A program made the translations under genes and the position numbers. DNA of 64,000 nt. Origin: an uncultured Solirubrobacterales bacterium. Lineage in GTDB: Bacteria > Actinomycetota > Thermoleophilia > Solirubrobacterales > 70-9. Positions 9,282-17,080 of this stretch are shown here, in pieces. Location of the stretch: the NCBI GenBank assembly GCA_963714665.1, contig CAVQPE010000008.1, forward strand, positions 776,848 through 840,847. The letters are read 5' to 3'. Numbering within the stretch: position 1 is the stretch's first letter; each line of letters begins with the position of its first letter. Under the pieces are notes generated by a model, which was given only the letters and a program-made list of their open reading frames with translations, was not told the DNA's origin and made no database searches.

Positions 9282-10043
9282 TCAGCTCACCGCGGCGGCG
9301 GTCATCTCTTCGTTCGCCGCCTCGTGCCCCTCGTAGGGCAGCACCGCGAAATACATCAACGACGGCAGGAGGGACTTGAAATCCTCGCAGTCGCCGCGCT
9401 GCAGCCGCGAGTAGAGCACCGCCTCGATGCCGCCGACAATGCCCGCCGCGGCGATCGACGACGGCGGGGGCAGGTCGGGGAGCCCGTCCCGCACCTGCCT
9501 GTCGATGCAGGCGGCGAAGTGGTCGAGGAGCTCGTCGCGGCGCAACAGCGCCGTAGTGGAGGCCGCGCGGGCGTCGACGACGAGCGCCATCGCGGCGTCG
9601 GGCTCCTCCTCGACGAAACGCAGAAGCTCTTCCAGCTCGCGCCGGAGCCGGTCGCGCCAGCTTTCACTGTCCTCGCCGGCAACGGCGTCGAGTCGCGTTC
9701 GCAGGCGAAGGGCCGCGGCATCCAGGGCGGCGAGGAAGCAGTCCTCCTTGTTCTCGAAGTGCTCGTAGAACGTCGGACGGGAGACGCCGGCGCGGTCGAG
9801 CACGTCCTTGACGCTGACCTCGCGGTAGCCGAGCTCGGCCGTCGCCCGCAGCGCCGCCGCCAGCACTCGCTCGCGCTGGACGGCCCTGACGAGATCCGAG
9901 GGAAGGGACCTGATCCCGGAGGGGAACTTGCCATCGGCCCCGGCGAGCAGCTCGGCTGCGGCGCTTACCTCCTCGGCGGGCCAGTCGTCGCCAAGCGTGG
10001 CTAGGAGCCTGTCCTGGCTGAGTTGGATCCTGCTCTTAGACAT
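9282..10043 (-). CDS. TetR/AcrR-family transcriptional regulator (paralog 1)
   Basis: RERVLAAALRATAELGYREVSVKDVLDRAGVSRPTFYEHFENKEDCFLAAL is a TetR HTH. The C-terminal GIVGGIEAVLYSRLQRG...LMYFAVLPYEG is shared with its neighbours. Confidence 0.85.
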   Translation of the reverse strand: MSKSRIQLSQDRLLATLGDDWPAEEVSAAAELLAGADGKFPSGIRSLPSDLVRAVQRERVLAAALRATAELGYREVSVKDVLDRAGVSRPTFYEHFENKEDCFLAALDAAALRLRTRLDAVAGEDSESWRDRLRRELEELLRFVEEEPDAAMALVVDARAASTTALLRRDELLDHFAACIDRQVRDGLPDLPPPSSIAAAGIVGGIEAVLYSRLQRGDCEDFKSLLPSLMYFAVLPYEGHEAANEEMTAAAVS

Positions 10044-10056
10044 AAAGAACCTAGTC

Positions 10057-10071
10057 GTTTTTGTTAAAAAC
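10057..10071. promoter_or_regulatory. AT-rich palindrome GTTTTT-GTT-AAAAAC between divergent TetR genes (candidate operator)
   Basis: It is the only AT-rich palindrome in the 104-bp divergent spacer (10044-10147). Confidence 0.3.
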
Positions 10072-10147
10072 AGGACCGGTTTCCGCAAGGTACCACTCGG
10101 GAGGGTGGCATGCAAGGGATTGCGGCGATCATGGATATTCTCGGGCC

Positions 10148-10810
10148 ATGTCCCCAGGGTCACAGGCGGCGCGGGCTCAGCGATTCACCGGCCCGGCCCG
10201 TCACGAGCTGCCGCGTGAGTTCGTCGCGCTCCACAAGCGTCGCCGCATCACCGATGCGATCGCCGAGCTGACCGCCGAGCAGGGCTACGAAGCGACCAAA
10301 ATCGGCGACATCGTGCGCCGCGCCGGCGTCGCCCGCAAGACGCTCTACGACAACTTCGAAGGCAAGGAGGAAGTCTTCCTGGCAGCCTTCGACGCCGCCG
10401 CCGAGGACGTCGTCGGGCGGATCGAGGGGGTCTGCGCCGAGACCGAGGGCGACTGGGAAGAGCGGGTCGAAGCGGGGCTCGGTGCCTTTCTCGCCTATGT
10501 CGCCGAGGAGCCCGCGCAAGCTCGGATGTGCATGGTCGAGGCGATGTCCGCCACGCCGGCGGCGACGCGGCGCTACGAGGACGCCGTGCAGTTCTTCGTC
10601 GAGCTGACCGGGCGCCATGTCCCCCGCTCCGACCAGCTTCCCGAGACGATGGAAGAGACGCTCATCGGCGGCGTCGCCTGGATCGTCCACCAAAAGATTC
10701 GCCGCCACGAAGCCGAGAAGGCAATGGGCCTGCTGCCCGAGCTCGCCGAGTTCATGCTCGCGCCCTACCGGGGCGTGGCGGGAGTGGAGCGGGGACGGGT
10801 AAACGCGTAA
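10148..10810 (+). CDS. TetR/AcrR-family transcriptional regulator (paralog 2)
   Basis: KRRRITDAIAELTAEQGYEATKIGDIVRRAGVARKTLYDNFEGKEEVFLAAF is a TetR HTH. Confidence 0.85.
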   Translation: MSPGSQAARAQRFTGPARHELPREFVALHKRRRITDAIAELTAEQGYEATKIGDIVRRAGVARKTLYDNFEGKEEVFLAAFDAAAEDVVGRIEGVCAETEGDWEERVEAGLGAFLAYVAEEPAQARMCMVEAMSATPAATRRYEDAVQFFVELTGRHVPRSDQLPETMEETLIGGVAWIVHQKIRRHEAEKAMGLLPELAEFMLAPYRGVAGVERGRVNA

Positions 10811-10839
10811 GGCCGCGCGCTGGCAGACTCCAGCGCGCA

Positions 10840-11478
10840 GTGGAACGACTTCCCCGCGGCCGCCACGGCCTTTCCCCCGAGTTCGTCGCGCAGAACCAGC
10901 GCGAGAGGCTCTTTGCAGCGCTCGCCGAAAGCCTCTATGAGAGGGGCTACGAGGAGACCACGGTTGCGATGATCGGTAAGCGCGCCGGGGTCTCCAAGAG
11001 CGACTTCTACAAGCGCTTCGAGAGCAAGGACACCTGCTTTGTCGCCGCCTATGACGACTCGGTCGAGCAGATCCGGCGGGAGTTGCTGTCCGCCTGCGAC
11101 GGGTACAGGCGCTGGGAGGACCGGATGCTCGGCGCGCTTGCCGCCCTGCTGGATTTCCTCGTCGCCGAGCCGGCCAGGGCGCGATTGGTGCTGGTCGAGG
11201 GGCTGCGCGCCGGCAAGGGCGTCTACGACCGCTATCAGGAGGCGTTGCAGAGCTTCGTCCCTTACCTGCGAGAGGGGGCGCCCGCGCCCGCCGGGGGACC
11301 CCGTCCCCCCGAGGCGACCGACGAGGCGGTCGTCGGCGGCATCGCCTCGCTGCTGGCGCGCCGCCTGCTGGCCGGTGAGATGGAGCCGCTCGACGACTTC
11401 CTGCCGGAGATTGGGGAGTTTGCCCTGACGCCATACCTCGGCGCAGCCGAGGCTCGCCGCATAATCTCCGAGCGATGA
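10840..11478 (+). CDS. TetR/AcrR-family transcriptional regulator (paralog 3)
   Basis: QRERLFAALAESLYERGYEETTVAMIGKRAGVSKSDFYKRFESKDTCFVAAY is a TetR HTH. GTG 10840 is the only canonical start after the upstream stop. The stop overlaps the next gene's ATG (ATGA). Confidence 0.8.
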   Translation: MERLPRGRHGLSPEFVAQNQRERLFAALAESLYERGYEETTVAMIGKRAGVSKSDFYKRFESKDTCFVAAYDDSVEQIRRELLSACDGYRRWEDRMLGALAALLDFLVAEPARARLVLVEGLRAGKGVYDRYQEALQSFVPYLREGAPAPAGGPRPPEATDEAVVGGIASLLARRLLAGEMEPLDDFLPEIGEFALTPYLGAAEARRIISER

Positions 11479-12659
11479 GCGACGCGGCGGCAGCAGCGGT
11501 GGACTCGCCAGGGAGCGCTGCCACCGGGGCCGTGCCCGGCGTGCTGCCCTCGCAGGCGCTGAGCGAGGCGATCGGGGCCGAGTGGATCAGCTCCGGCGAC
11601 TACCGCATCCGCCCCGAGGCGATCCAGCCGGCGAGCATCGACCTGCGCCTCGGGGACTTCGCCTGGGCGCTGCGCTGCAGCTTCCTGCCCGACGTCGACT
11701 CGACCGTCGAGGAGAAGATCGAGGGGCTCGCCTTCCAGCGGATCGACCTCCGCGACGGGGCCGTGCTGGAGCGAGACCGCCCGTACCTGGTGCCGCTGAT
11801 CGAGGAGCTGGCCCTGCCGCAGGATGTGCGGGCGAAGGCCAACCCGAAGAGTTCGACCGGGCGGCTCGACGTCTTCACCCGCGTGCTGACCGACCGCCAC
11901 CACCGCTTCGACGAGATCCGCCCGGGATACCGCGGCAAGCTCTACCTCGAGGTCGTGCCGCGCTCCTTCGCGATCCAGGTGAAGACCGGGCTCTCGCTCA
12001 ACCAGCTGCGGATGGCGCGCGGGGAGGTGCGGCTTGGCGACGAGGAGATCCGCCGCATGCAGGCCGAGGCCCCGCTGCTCTACCTCGACTCCGAGGCGCT
12101 GGGCGAGTCCGAGCTGGCCCTTGCCGACGGGCTGTTCCTCAGCGTCGACCTCTCCGGGCCCGGCGACCGGGTCGTCGGCTACCGGGCGAAGAAGAACAGC
12201 CTGCCGATCGACCTCTCCCGCATCCGCGCCTACCGCTGGACCGACTTCTGGGACCCGGTCTTCCCCGAGGAGGGCGCGCGGATCGTGCTCGAGCCGGAGA
12301 TCTTCTACCTGCTGCTCTCGGCCGAGGGGGTCTGCATCCCACCCGGGATCGCCGCCGAGATGATGGCCTACGACCCGACCGCGGGCGAGCTGCGCACGCA
12401 TTACGCCGGGTTCTTCGATCCGGGCTTCGGTTACGACCCGTCGGGAGCGCGCCACGGCAGCCGGGCTGCGCTCGAGGTCCGTGCTCGCGACGTCTCCTTC
12501 ATGGTCGAGCACCGCCAGCCTGTCTGCAAGTTGGCCCTGGAGCGGACGAGTGCGCCGGCCGAGCGGCTCTATGGGGCTGACCTGGGGTCTAACTACCAAG
12601 GGCAGGTAACGATGCTCAGCAAGCACTTCGAGGAGCAGGGGGGTGGGGGAGGCGGGTGA
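11475..12659 (+). CDS. 2'-deoxycytidine 5'-triphosphate deaminase-like protein (long-form DCD family)
   Basis: This 394-aa ORF contains ASIDLRLG, KANPKSSTGRLDVFTRVL, YLEVVPRSFAIQVKTGLSLNQLR and HYAGFFDPGFGY, arranged as a duplicated dUTPase/dCTP-deaminase-like fold. Confidence 0.7.
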   Translation: MSDAAAAAVDSPGSAATGAVPGVLPSQALSEAIGAEWISSGDYRIRPEAIQPASIDLRLGDFAWALRCSFLPDVDSTVEEKIEGLAFQRIDLRDGAVLERDRPYLVPLIEELALPQDVRAKANPKSSTGRLDVFTRVLTDRHHRFDEIRPGYRGKLYLEVVPRSFAIQVKTGLSLNQLRMARGEVRLGDEEIRRMQAEAPLLYLDSEALGESELALADGLFLSVDLSGPGDRVVGYRAKKNSLPIDLSRIRAYRWTDFWDPVFPEEGARIVLEPEIFYLLLSAEGVCIPPGIAAEMMAYDPTAGELRTHYAGFFDPGFGYDPSGARHGSRAALEVRARDVSFMVEHRQPVCKLALERTSAPAERLYGADLGSNYQGQVTMLSKHFEEQGGGGGG

Positions 12660-12724
12660 CCCCCTCCCAAAACGCGCGGCTTGCGCCGCGCTTGAGTGTT
12701 TGGGAGGGGGTCACCCGCCTCCCC
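12646..12724. repeat. Nested double-hairpin element, copy A; probable bidirectional terminator
   Basis: The outer 26-nt arms GGGGAGGCGGGTGACCCCCTCCCAAA (12646-12671) and TTTGGGAGGGGGTCACCCGCCTCCCC (12699-12724) are exact complements. The inner hairpin is GCGCGGC-TTGC-GCCGCGC followed by TTGAGTG. The left arm contains the dcd-like stop codon. Confidence 0.9.
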
Positions 12725-12740
12725 TTTCGGCGGCTCGTTC

Positions 12741-13208
12741 TTAGCTTTGGGGCAGGGTGCCGGTTATTACGTAGCGGAGGACGTCGACCACCTGCTCTGC
12801 GGTGCGGGCGGTTGCTTGGGCGGCGCGGTCGATCTCCTTTAGGGCGTGGTCGAGCTCGGGGTCGTGGAGGGTGATGATTGGCTTGGCGAGGGCGGCCGCG
12901 TAGCCGGCGTCGAAGGCTGCGTTCCACTGGCGGTATTTGTCGCCGAAGCGGACGACTACGACGTCGGCGGCGCGGATCAGGGTCTGGGTGCGGATCGCGT
13001 TGACGCCGGCGCCCATGTGGTCGCGCCAGAACGGCGTCGGCTCCTCGCCCAGCGTTCCCGTTCCCGCGTCGTCGGAAGCGGCATGGTCGGTGACCGGCGC
13101 CGAGAGCTCAACCGGTAGCCCGGCCTCCCGCACGCCGGCCTCGATCCGCTCGCGCCAGTCGGAGTGGATCTCGCCAGACAGGTAGACGCGCCATGTCTTC
13201 TCCGCCAC
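12741..13208 (-). CDS. YtoQ-family protein (nucleoside 2-deoxyribosyltransferase-like fold)
   Basis: VYLSGEIHSDWRERI and VVVVRFGDKYRQWNAAFDAGYAAALAKPIITLH match the YtoQ pattern as I recall it (YLAGxIH..WRE, FGxKYxQWN). Confidence 0.65.
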   Translation of the reverse strand: MAEKTWRVYLSGEIHSDWRERIEAGVREAGLPVELSAPVTDHAASDDAGTGTLGEEPTPFWRDHMGAGVNAIRTQTLIRAADVVVVRFGDKYRQWNAAFDAGYAAALAKPIITLHDPELDHALKEIDRAAQATARTAEQVVDVLRYVITGTLPQS

Positions 13209-13261
13209 GGCATGAGATTAAACGTCTTAGGTGGGGGGAGAGAATTCGTCGCACAGCCCTT

Positions 13262-13307
13262 ATAGGGCTATGGAGGCCGCAGTCGAATTGCTACGTTATA
13301 GCCCTAT
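13262..13307. promoter_or_regulatory. Inverted repeat ATAGGGCTAT ... ATAGCCCTAT overlapping the antitoxin start (candidate autoregulatory operator)
   Basis: The 10-bp sites at 13262-13271 and 13298-13307 are exact reverse complements. The second one includes the ATG at 13306. Confidence 0.35.
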
Positions 13308-13638
13308 GGCTACGGACGTGCCCCAGCGGGAACTGAGGAATCGGACCGCGGACCTGTTGCGCAGGGTCGAGGCGGGGGAGCAGCTGCGGATCACGGTGCA
13401 CGGTCACCCGGTGGCTGAACTGGTGCCGCTTGAGGAGCAGGCTAGGCGGCGGGCATTTGTCCCCCTCGAGGAGCTTGAAGATGGCCTGCGAGGGCAGATG
13501 AGCGCTGATGAGGCGCAGGAATGGATTGACGAAATCCACCAGGTCCGTCGCGAACGTGCCCCAGGCGAGGATCCGTTCGAGAAGTACGAGCGCATGCCGG
13601 CGGAAGGCCGGCTCGGCCCATCACTGGACGCGACGTGA
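13306..13638 (+). CDS. Phd/YefM-type antitoxin
   Basis: VPQRELRNRTADLLRRVEAGEQLRITVHGHPVAELVP is the classic Phd/YefM N-terminal domain. The stop overlaps the GTG of the downstream PIN gene. Confidence 0.75.
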   Translation: MATDVPQRELRNRTADLLRRVEAGEQLRITVHGHPVAELVPLEEQARRRAFVPLEELEDGLRGQMSADEAQEWIDEIHQVRRERAPGEDPFEKYERMPAEGRLGPSLDAT

Positions 13639-14021
13639 AAGAAGCCCTGCTCGACACCTCCGTAGTTGTCGCCCTTGTGCATGAGCGCCTTGAGCTTGAC
13701 GATCCGCCGGATGTAGTCGCAATCTCGGTCGTGACGCTGTGCGAGCTGCACCATGGAGTGCTTGCGGCAAGCGACGCCAAGCGACCCTTGCGCCTGAGGA
13801 CTCTGGACTGGGTCCGGCACAACTGCGACGCGTTGCCGGCTGGCGACGACGTCGCTCCTCGCTACGGTCAGTTGATGGCAGAGGCAAAGCGGGCGACCGG
13901 CGCGAAACCGGATGCGGGAGACGCGATCATCGCCGCCACGGCGATGGCGCATGATTTGCCGATCCTCACTTGCGATCGCGACTTCGAAGTCTTTCGCGGG
14001 GTCGATGTCGTCTTCGTGTAG
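13635..14021 (+). CDS. vapC: PIN-domain toxin (VapC-like)
   Basis: LLDTSVVVAL, TLCELHHGV and DAIIAATAMAHDLPILTCDRDFEVF are typical PIN acidic-residue blocks. Confidence 0.8.
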   Translation: MKEALLDTSVVVALVHERLELDDPPDVVAISVVTLCELHHGVLAASDAKRPLRLRTLDWVRHNCDALPAGDDVAPRYGQLMAEAKRATGAKPDAGDAIIAATAMAHDLPILTCDRDFEVFRGVDVVFV

Positions 14022-14039
14022 CGCTCTCATCCTGAGCGC

Positions 14040-15077
14040 ATGCGAACATATGTTCGCATGCGGTGGGATGAGCAGCGGGTCGAGAGGGAGGACGAGGGCA
14101 GGCTGTTCGGCCTGGCCGGGGAATCGGTCGTTCGCACCTTCGACGCGCCGGAGGCGATGGGGATCAACTTCCACGAGGTGCGAGCCCGCTCGGCGCTGAA
14201 CCGGGTGCCCGGGGGGCGGTACGGGTTCGGTTGGACGATCAATCCCTATCGGGGATGCACGCATGCCTGCAAATTCTGCTTTGCCCGGCGGACTCATATC
14301 TACCTGGATTTCGATGCCGGTAGGGACTTCGAGCGGGAGATCGTGGTGAAGGTGAACGTTCCCGAGTTGCTGCGGGCCGAGCTGGCGCGGCCGGGCTGGC
14401 GGCGGGAGCTGGTCGCCCTGGGGACCAACACCGACCCCTACCAGTGGGTCGAGAGCCGCTACCGGATGATGCCGGCGATACTCGCGGCGCTGGAGGAGGC
14501 GAACACTCCGGTCTCGGTCCTGACCAAGTCGCCGCTGGTGATGCGCGACGTCGAGATCTTCGAGCGGATGGCGAAGCGCCTGCCGGTCTCGGTCAACCTC
14601 TCCGTCCCCACCCTCGACGAGGAGGCCTGGCGCGCCACCGAGCCCCACACCCCGAGCCCGGCGGCCCGCCTCGACGCGGTCGCCGACCTGCGCCGCCGCG
14701 GCATCGACTCCGGCGTCCTGATCGCCCCCCTGATGCCCGGAATAAACGACAGCCCCGAGCAGGTACAGCCGATCGTCGATAGAGCCAAGGAAGCCAACGC
14801 CACCTTCCTCGGCGGAGTAGCCCTCCACTTGAGAGACGAGGTCAAGGACGTTTTCTTCGCCTGGCTCCAAGCCAAACGCCCAGACCTTCTACCCCGCTAC
14901 GAAAAGCTCTACAAAAAAAGGGCGTACCTCCCGTCCGAGCAGCGCAACCAGGTCGGCAGTGTCGTGAAGGGGTGGGGGAAGCGCCGGGCACCTCGTCGGA
15001 CGAGCGGCCCTGCGGGCCGCTCTGGAGTGTCCGCCGAGGCGCCCGGCGCTTCCCCTTCCCAGGACGCTTTGTTCTGA
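14040..15077 (+). CDS. Radical SAM protein, Rv2578c/SPL-related family
   Basis: NPYRGCTHACKFCFAR is a CxxxCxxC cluster in the context typical of the Rv2578c family. LGTNTDPYQ and LIAPLMPGINDS are also present. Confidence 0.75.
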   Translation: MRTYVRMRWDEQRVEREDEGRLFGLAGESVVRTFDAPEAMGINFHEVRARSALNRVPGGRYGFGWTINPYRGCTHACKFCFARRTHIYLDFDAGRDFEREIVVKVNVPELLRAELARPGWRRELVALGTNTDPYQWVESRYRMMPAILAALEEANTPVSVLTKSPLVMRDVEIFERMAKRLPVSVNLSVPTLDEEAWRATEPHTPSPAARLDAVADLRRRGIDSGVLIAPLMPGINDSPEQVQPIVDRAKEANATFLGGVALHLRDEVKDVFFAWLQAKRPDLLPRYEKLYKKRAYLPSEQRNQVGSVVKGWGKRRAPRRTSGPAGRSGVSAEAPGASPSQDALF

Positions 15078-15134
15078 GAGCTTCCTCCGGCACGCCCGGC
15101 GAGCTTGAGGCTGGAGCTTGAGCGTCCCGGAGAG

Positions 15135-15222
15135 GGAGGGCGGGGGTCCCCTGGGCTGGCGGATACTCAAAATCGCGGCCGCTCCGGCCGCGATTTGTCA
15201 GACCAGGGGACCCCCGCCCTCC
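15135..15222. repeat. Nested double-hairpin element, copy B (opposite orientation); probable bidirectional terminator
   Basis: The outer 20-nt arms GGAGGGCGGGGGTCCCCTGG (15135-15154) and CCAGGGGACCCCCGCCCTCC (15203-15222) are exact complements. The inner hairpin is AAATCGCGGCC-GCTCC-GGCCGCGATTT, preceded by GGATACTC. Confidence 0.9.
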
Positions 15223-16169
15223 TACCCCTGATCGAGCAACTCGAAGAGACACTCCCGCGGATCTTTGTCGTCCCTGAACCTGCGGAACCGCGCGCCATGG
15301 CGGATTCGGCCAGCGCTTGCGTGGTCATAGCCGACTTCGATCACCAGCTCTGGACGGAGAGCCACCCACTCGAGGTCTCGCCCACCGGTCCAGCGGCTTG
15401 GCTCTGCTGTGCCGCTCTCGCCCGTCTCCAATGGCTCCAGCAAAGTCCTCAAACCCCGTTTGGCGTCGGCGCTGAAGCCGGAGATGTGGCCGACCGAGCG
15501 CAGCTGGTCGCCGTCGTAGAGGCCGAGGATCAGGGAGCCGACCGTTCCCTCCTCCTTGCCGGGGCGCCAGCCCATCACCACGCAGTCGATCTCGCGCTCG
15601 CGCTTGACCTTGGCCATGCCTTTGCGCTTGCCGGGGACGTAGGGGGCGTCGAGCTGCTTGGCCATCGTCCCCTCGGTCTTGAGCAGCCAGGTCTCGGCCT
15701 GCGCTGGGTCGGGGCTGAGCTTGCTCACCTCGATCCCGGTTGCGGCGGCGAGGGCGTCGAGGCGCGCCCGCCGCTCGCCGAAGGGCTCCTCGAGCAGGGA
15801 TCCGTCCCCCTCGGCGAGCAGGTCGAAGGCGACGTAGCCGGCGGGGATCTCCTTCGAGAGCAGCTCGATCCGCGACTCGGCCGGGTGGATGCGGCTCTGC
15901 AGGGCGTCGAACTCGAGGTTGCCGTCGGCATCGCGGATCACCAGCTCGCCGTCGAGCACGTAGCGGCCCGGCGGGAAGCTCAGCTCCGGGAAGTAGCGGG
16001 CCAGCGCTTTGCCGCCGCGCGACTGGACGTAGGCGTCGGCGCCGTCGACGAAGACGATCGCGCGGAAGCCGTCGAGCTTCTGCTCATACGCCCACTCCTC
16101 GCCCAGGGGCAGCTCTTTGCGGGTCAGGGCCAGCTGCGGTTTGATCGGCGGCTCGAGCGGCAGGGTCAC
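15222..16169 (-). CDS. ATP-dependent DNA ligase (short LigC-like, adenylation plus OB domains only)
   Basis: [13 protein letters not shown] is the KxDG adenylation motif [41 protein letters not shown] and CVVMG are also present. It starts with GTG. Confidence 0.85.
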   Translation of the reverse strand: MTLPLEPPIKPQLALTRKELPLGEEWAYEQKLDGFRAIVFVDGADAYVQSRGGKALARYFPELSFPPGRYVLDGELVIRDADGNLEFDALQSRIHPAESRIELLSKEIPAGYVAFDLLAEGDGSLLEEPFGERRARLDALAAATGIEVSKLSPDPAQAETWLLKTEGTMAKQLDAPYVPGKRKGMAKVKREREIDCVVMGWRPGKEEGTVGSLILGLYDGDQLRSVGHISGFSADAKRGLRTLLEPLETGESGTAEPSRWTGGRDLEWVALRPELVIEVGYDHASAGRIRHGARFRRFRDDKDPRECLFELLDQG

Positions 16170-16995
16170 CCTGCCCCGACACTACCCGCCTGGCGCCGCA
16201 ATCTGCTCTCGCGCGGGTCGGGGATCGGAACCGCTGCGAGCAGCTTCTTCGTGTAGGCGTCCTTGGGCCGCGCGCAGACCTCGTCGGCGCTGCCCTGCTC
16301 GACGATCTTGCCCTCGTGCATGACCGCGATCCGGTCGGACGACGTGGCGGACGACGCCGATGTCGTGGGCGACGAAGACGTAGGTGAGGCCAAGCTCGTC
16401 CTGGAGGTCGTCGAGCAGGTTGACGATCTGCGCCCGGATCGAGACGTCGAGTGCGGAGACCGGCTCGTCGGCGACGATCAGCTTCGGCCGCAGCGCCAGC
16501 GCCCGGGCGATCCCGATTCGCTGCCGCTGGCCGCCGGAGAATTCGTGCGGGAAGCGGTCGTAGTGCTCGGGTGAGAGGCCGACCCGCTCGAGCAGCTCCT
16601 GTACCCGCCGGCGCAGCTCGGACCCGCTCGCCGCTCCCTGCAGCTTCAGCGGGTACGCCGACGATCTGGCCCACCCGCTTGCGCGGGTTGAGCGATGCCT
16701 AGGGGTCCTGGAAGACCATCTGCATCTCCCGTCGCAGCGGCCGCATCGCTCGTCGCGAGAGCCCGGCGATCTCGCGCCCCTCGAAGCGGACCGAGCCAGA
16801 GGTCGGCTCGATCAGCTGCAGAGCGGCTCGGCACAGCGTCGACTTGCCCGACCCCGACTCGCCGACCAGCCCCAGCGTCTCGCCCTGGCGCACCTCGAAG
16901 TTGACCCCGTCCACGGCCCGCACCCGATCGACCTCCCGGCCAAACACCCCCTTCACCGGAAAGTGCTTCACGAGCTCGGTCACCTCCAGCAGCAC
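16166..16995 (-). pseudogene. Peptide ABC transporter ATP-binding protein (OppF/DppF-like), at least 2 frame breaks
   Basis: [17 protein letters not shown] is the Walker A motif, in ORF 16699-16995. [36 protein letters not shown] can be read in another frame, and the tail [33 protein letters not shown] is in ORF 16166-16393. Confidence 0.75.
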
Positions 16996-17009
16996 CCCCT
17001 CCCCAGTGG

Positions 17010-17058
17010 GCCGACGGGCCGATACGTCAAGGTGACCTTGACGTATCGGCCCGTCGGC
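17010..17058. repeat. 49-bp perfect palindrome, copy 2 (intercistronic, between oppD-like and oppF-like genes)
   Basis: It is identical to the 49-mer at 961-1009 and is followed by an extra CCGTCGGC. Confidence 0.95.
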
Positions 17059-17080
17059 CCGTCGGCGGCGTGTCCGTTGG

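Noticed and set aside
10160-12626. Two 454-aa minus-strand ORFs (10160-11524 and 11262-12626).
   Set aside because: They are antisense to two TetR genes and the DCD-family gene, all of which have clear motifs. The translations are Arg/Pro/Gly-rich with no domain signature.
15105-16256. A 383-aa plus-strand ORF.
   Set aside because: It is antisense to the ATP-dependent DNA ligase (KxDG and following motifs), and its composition is junk-like.
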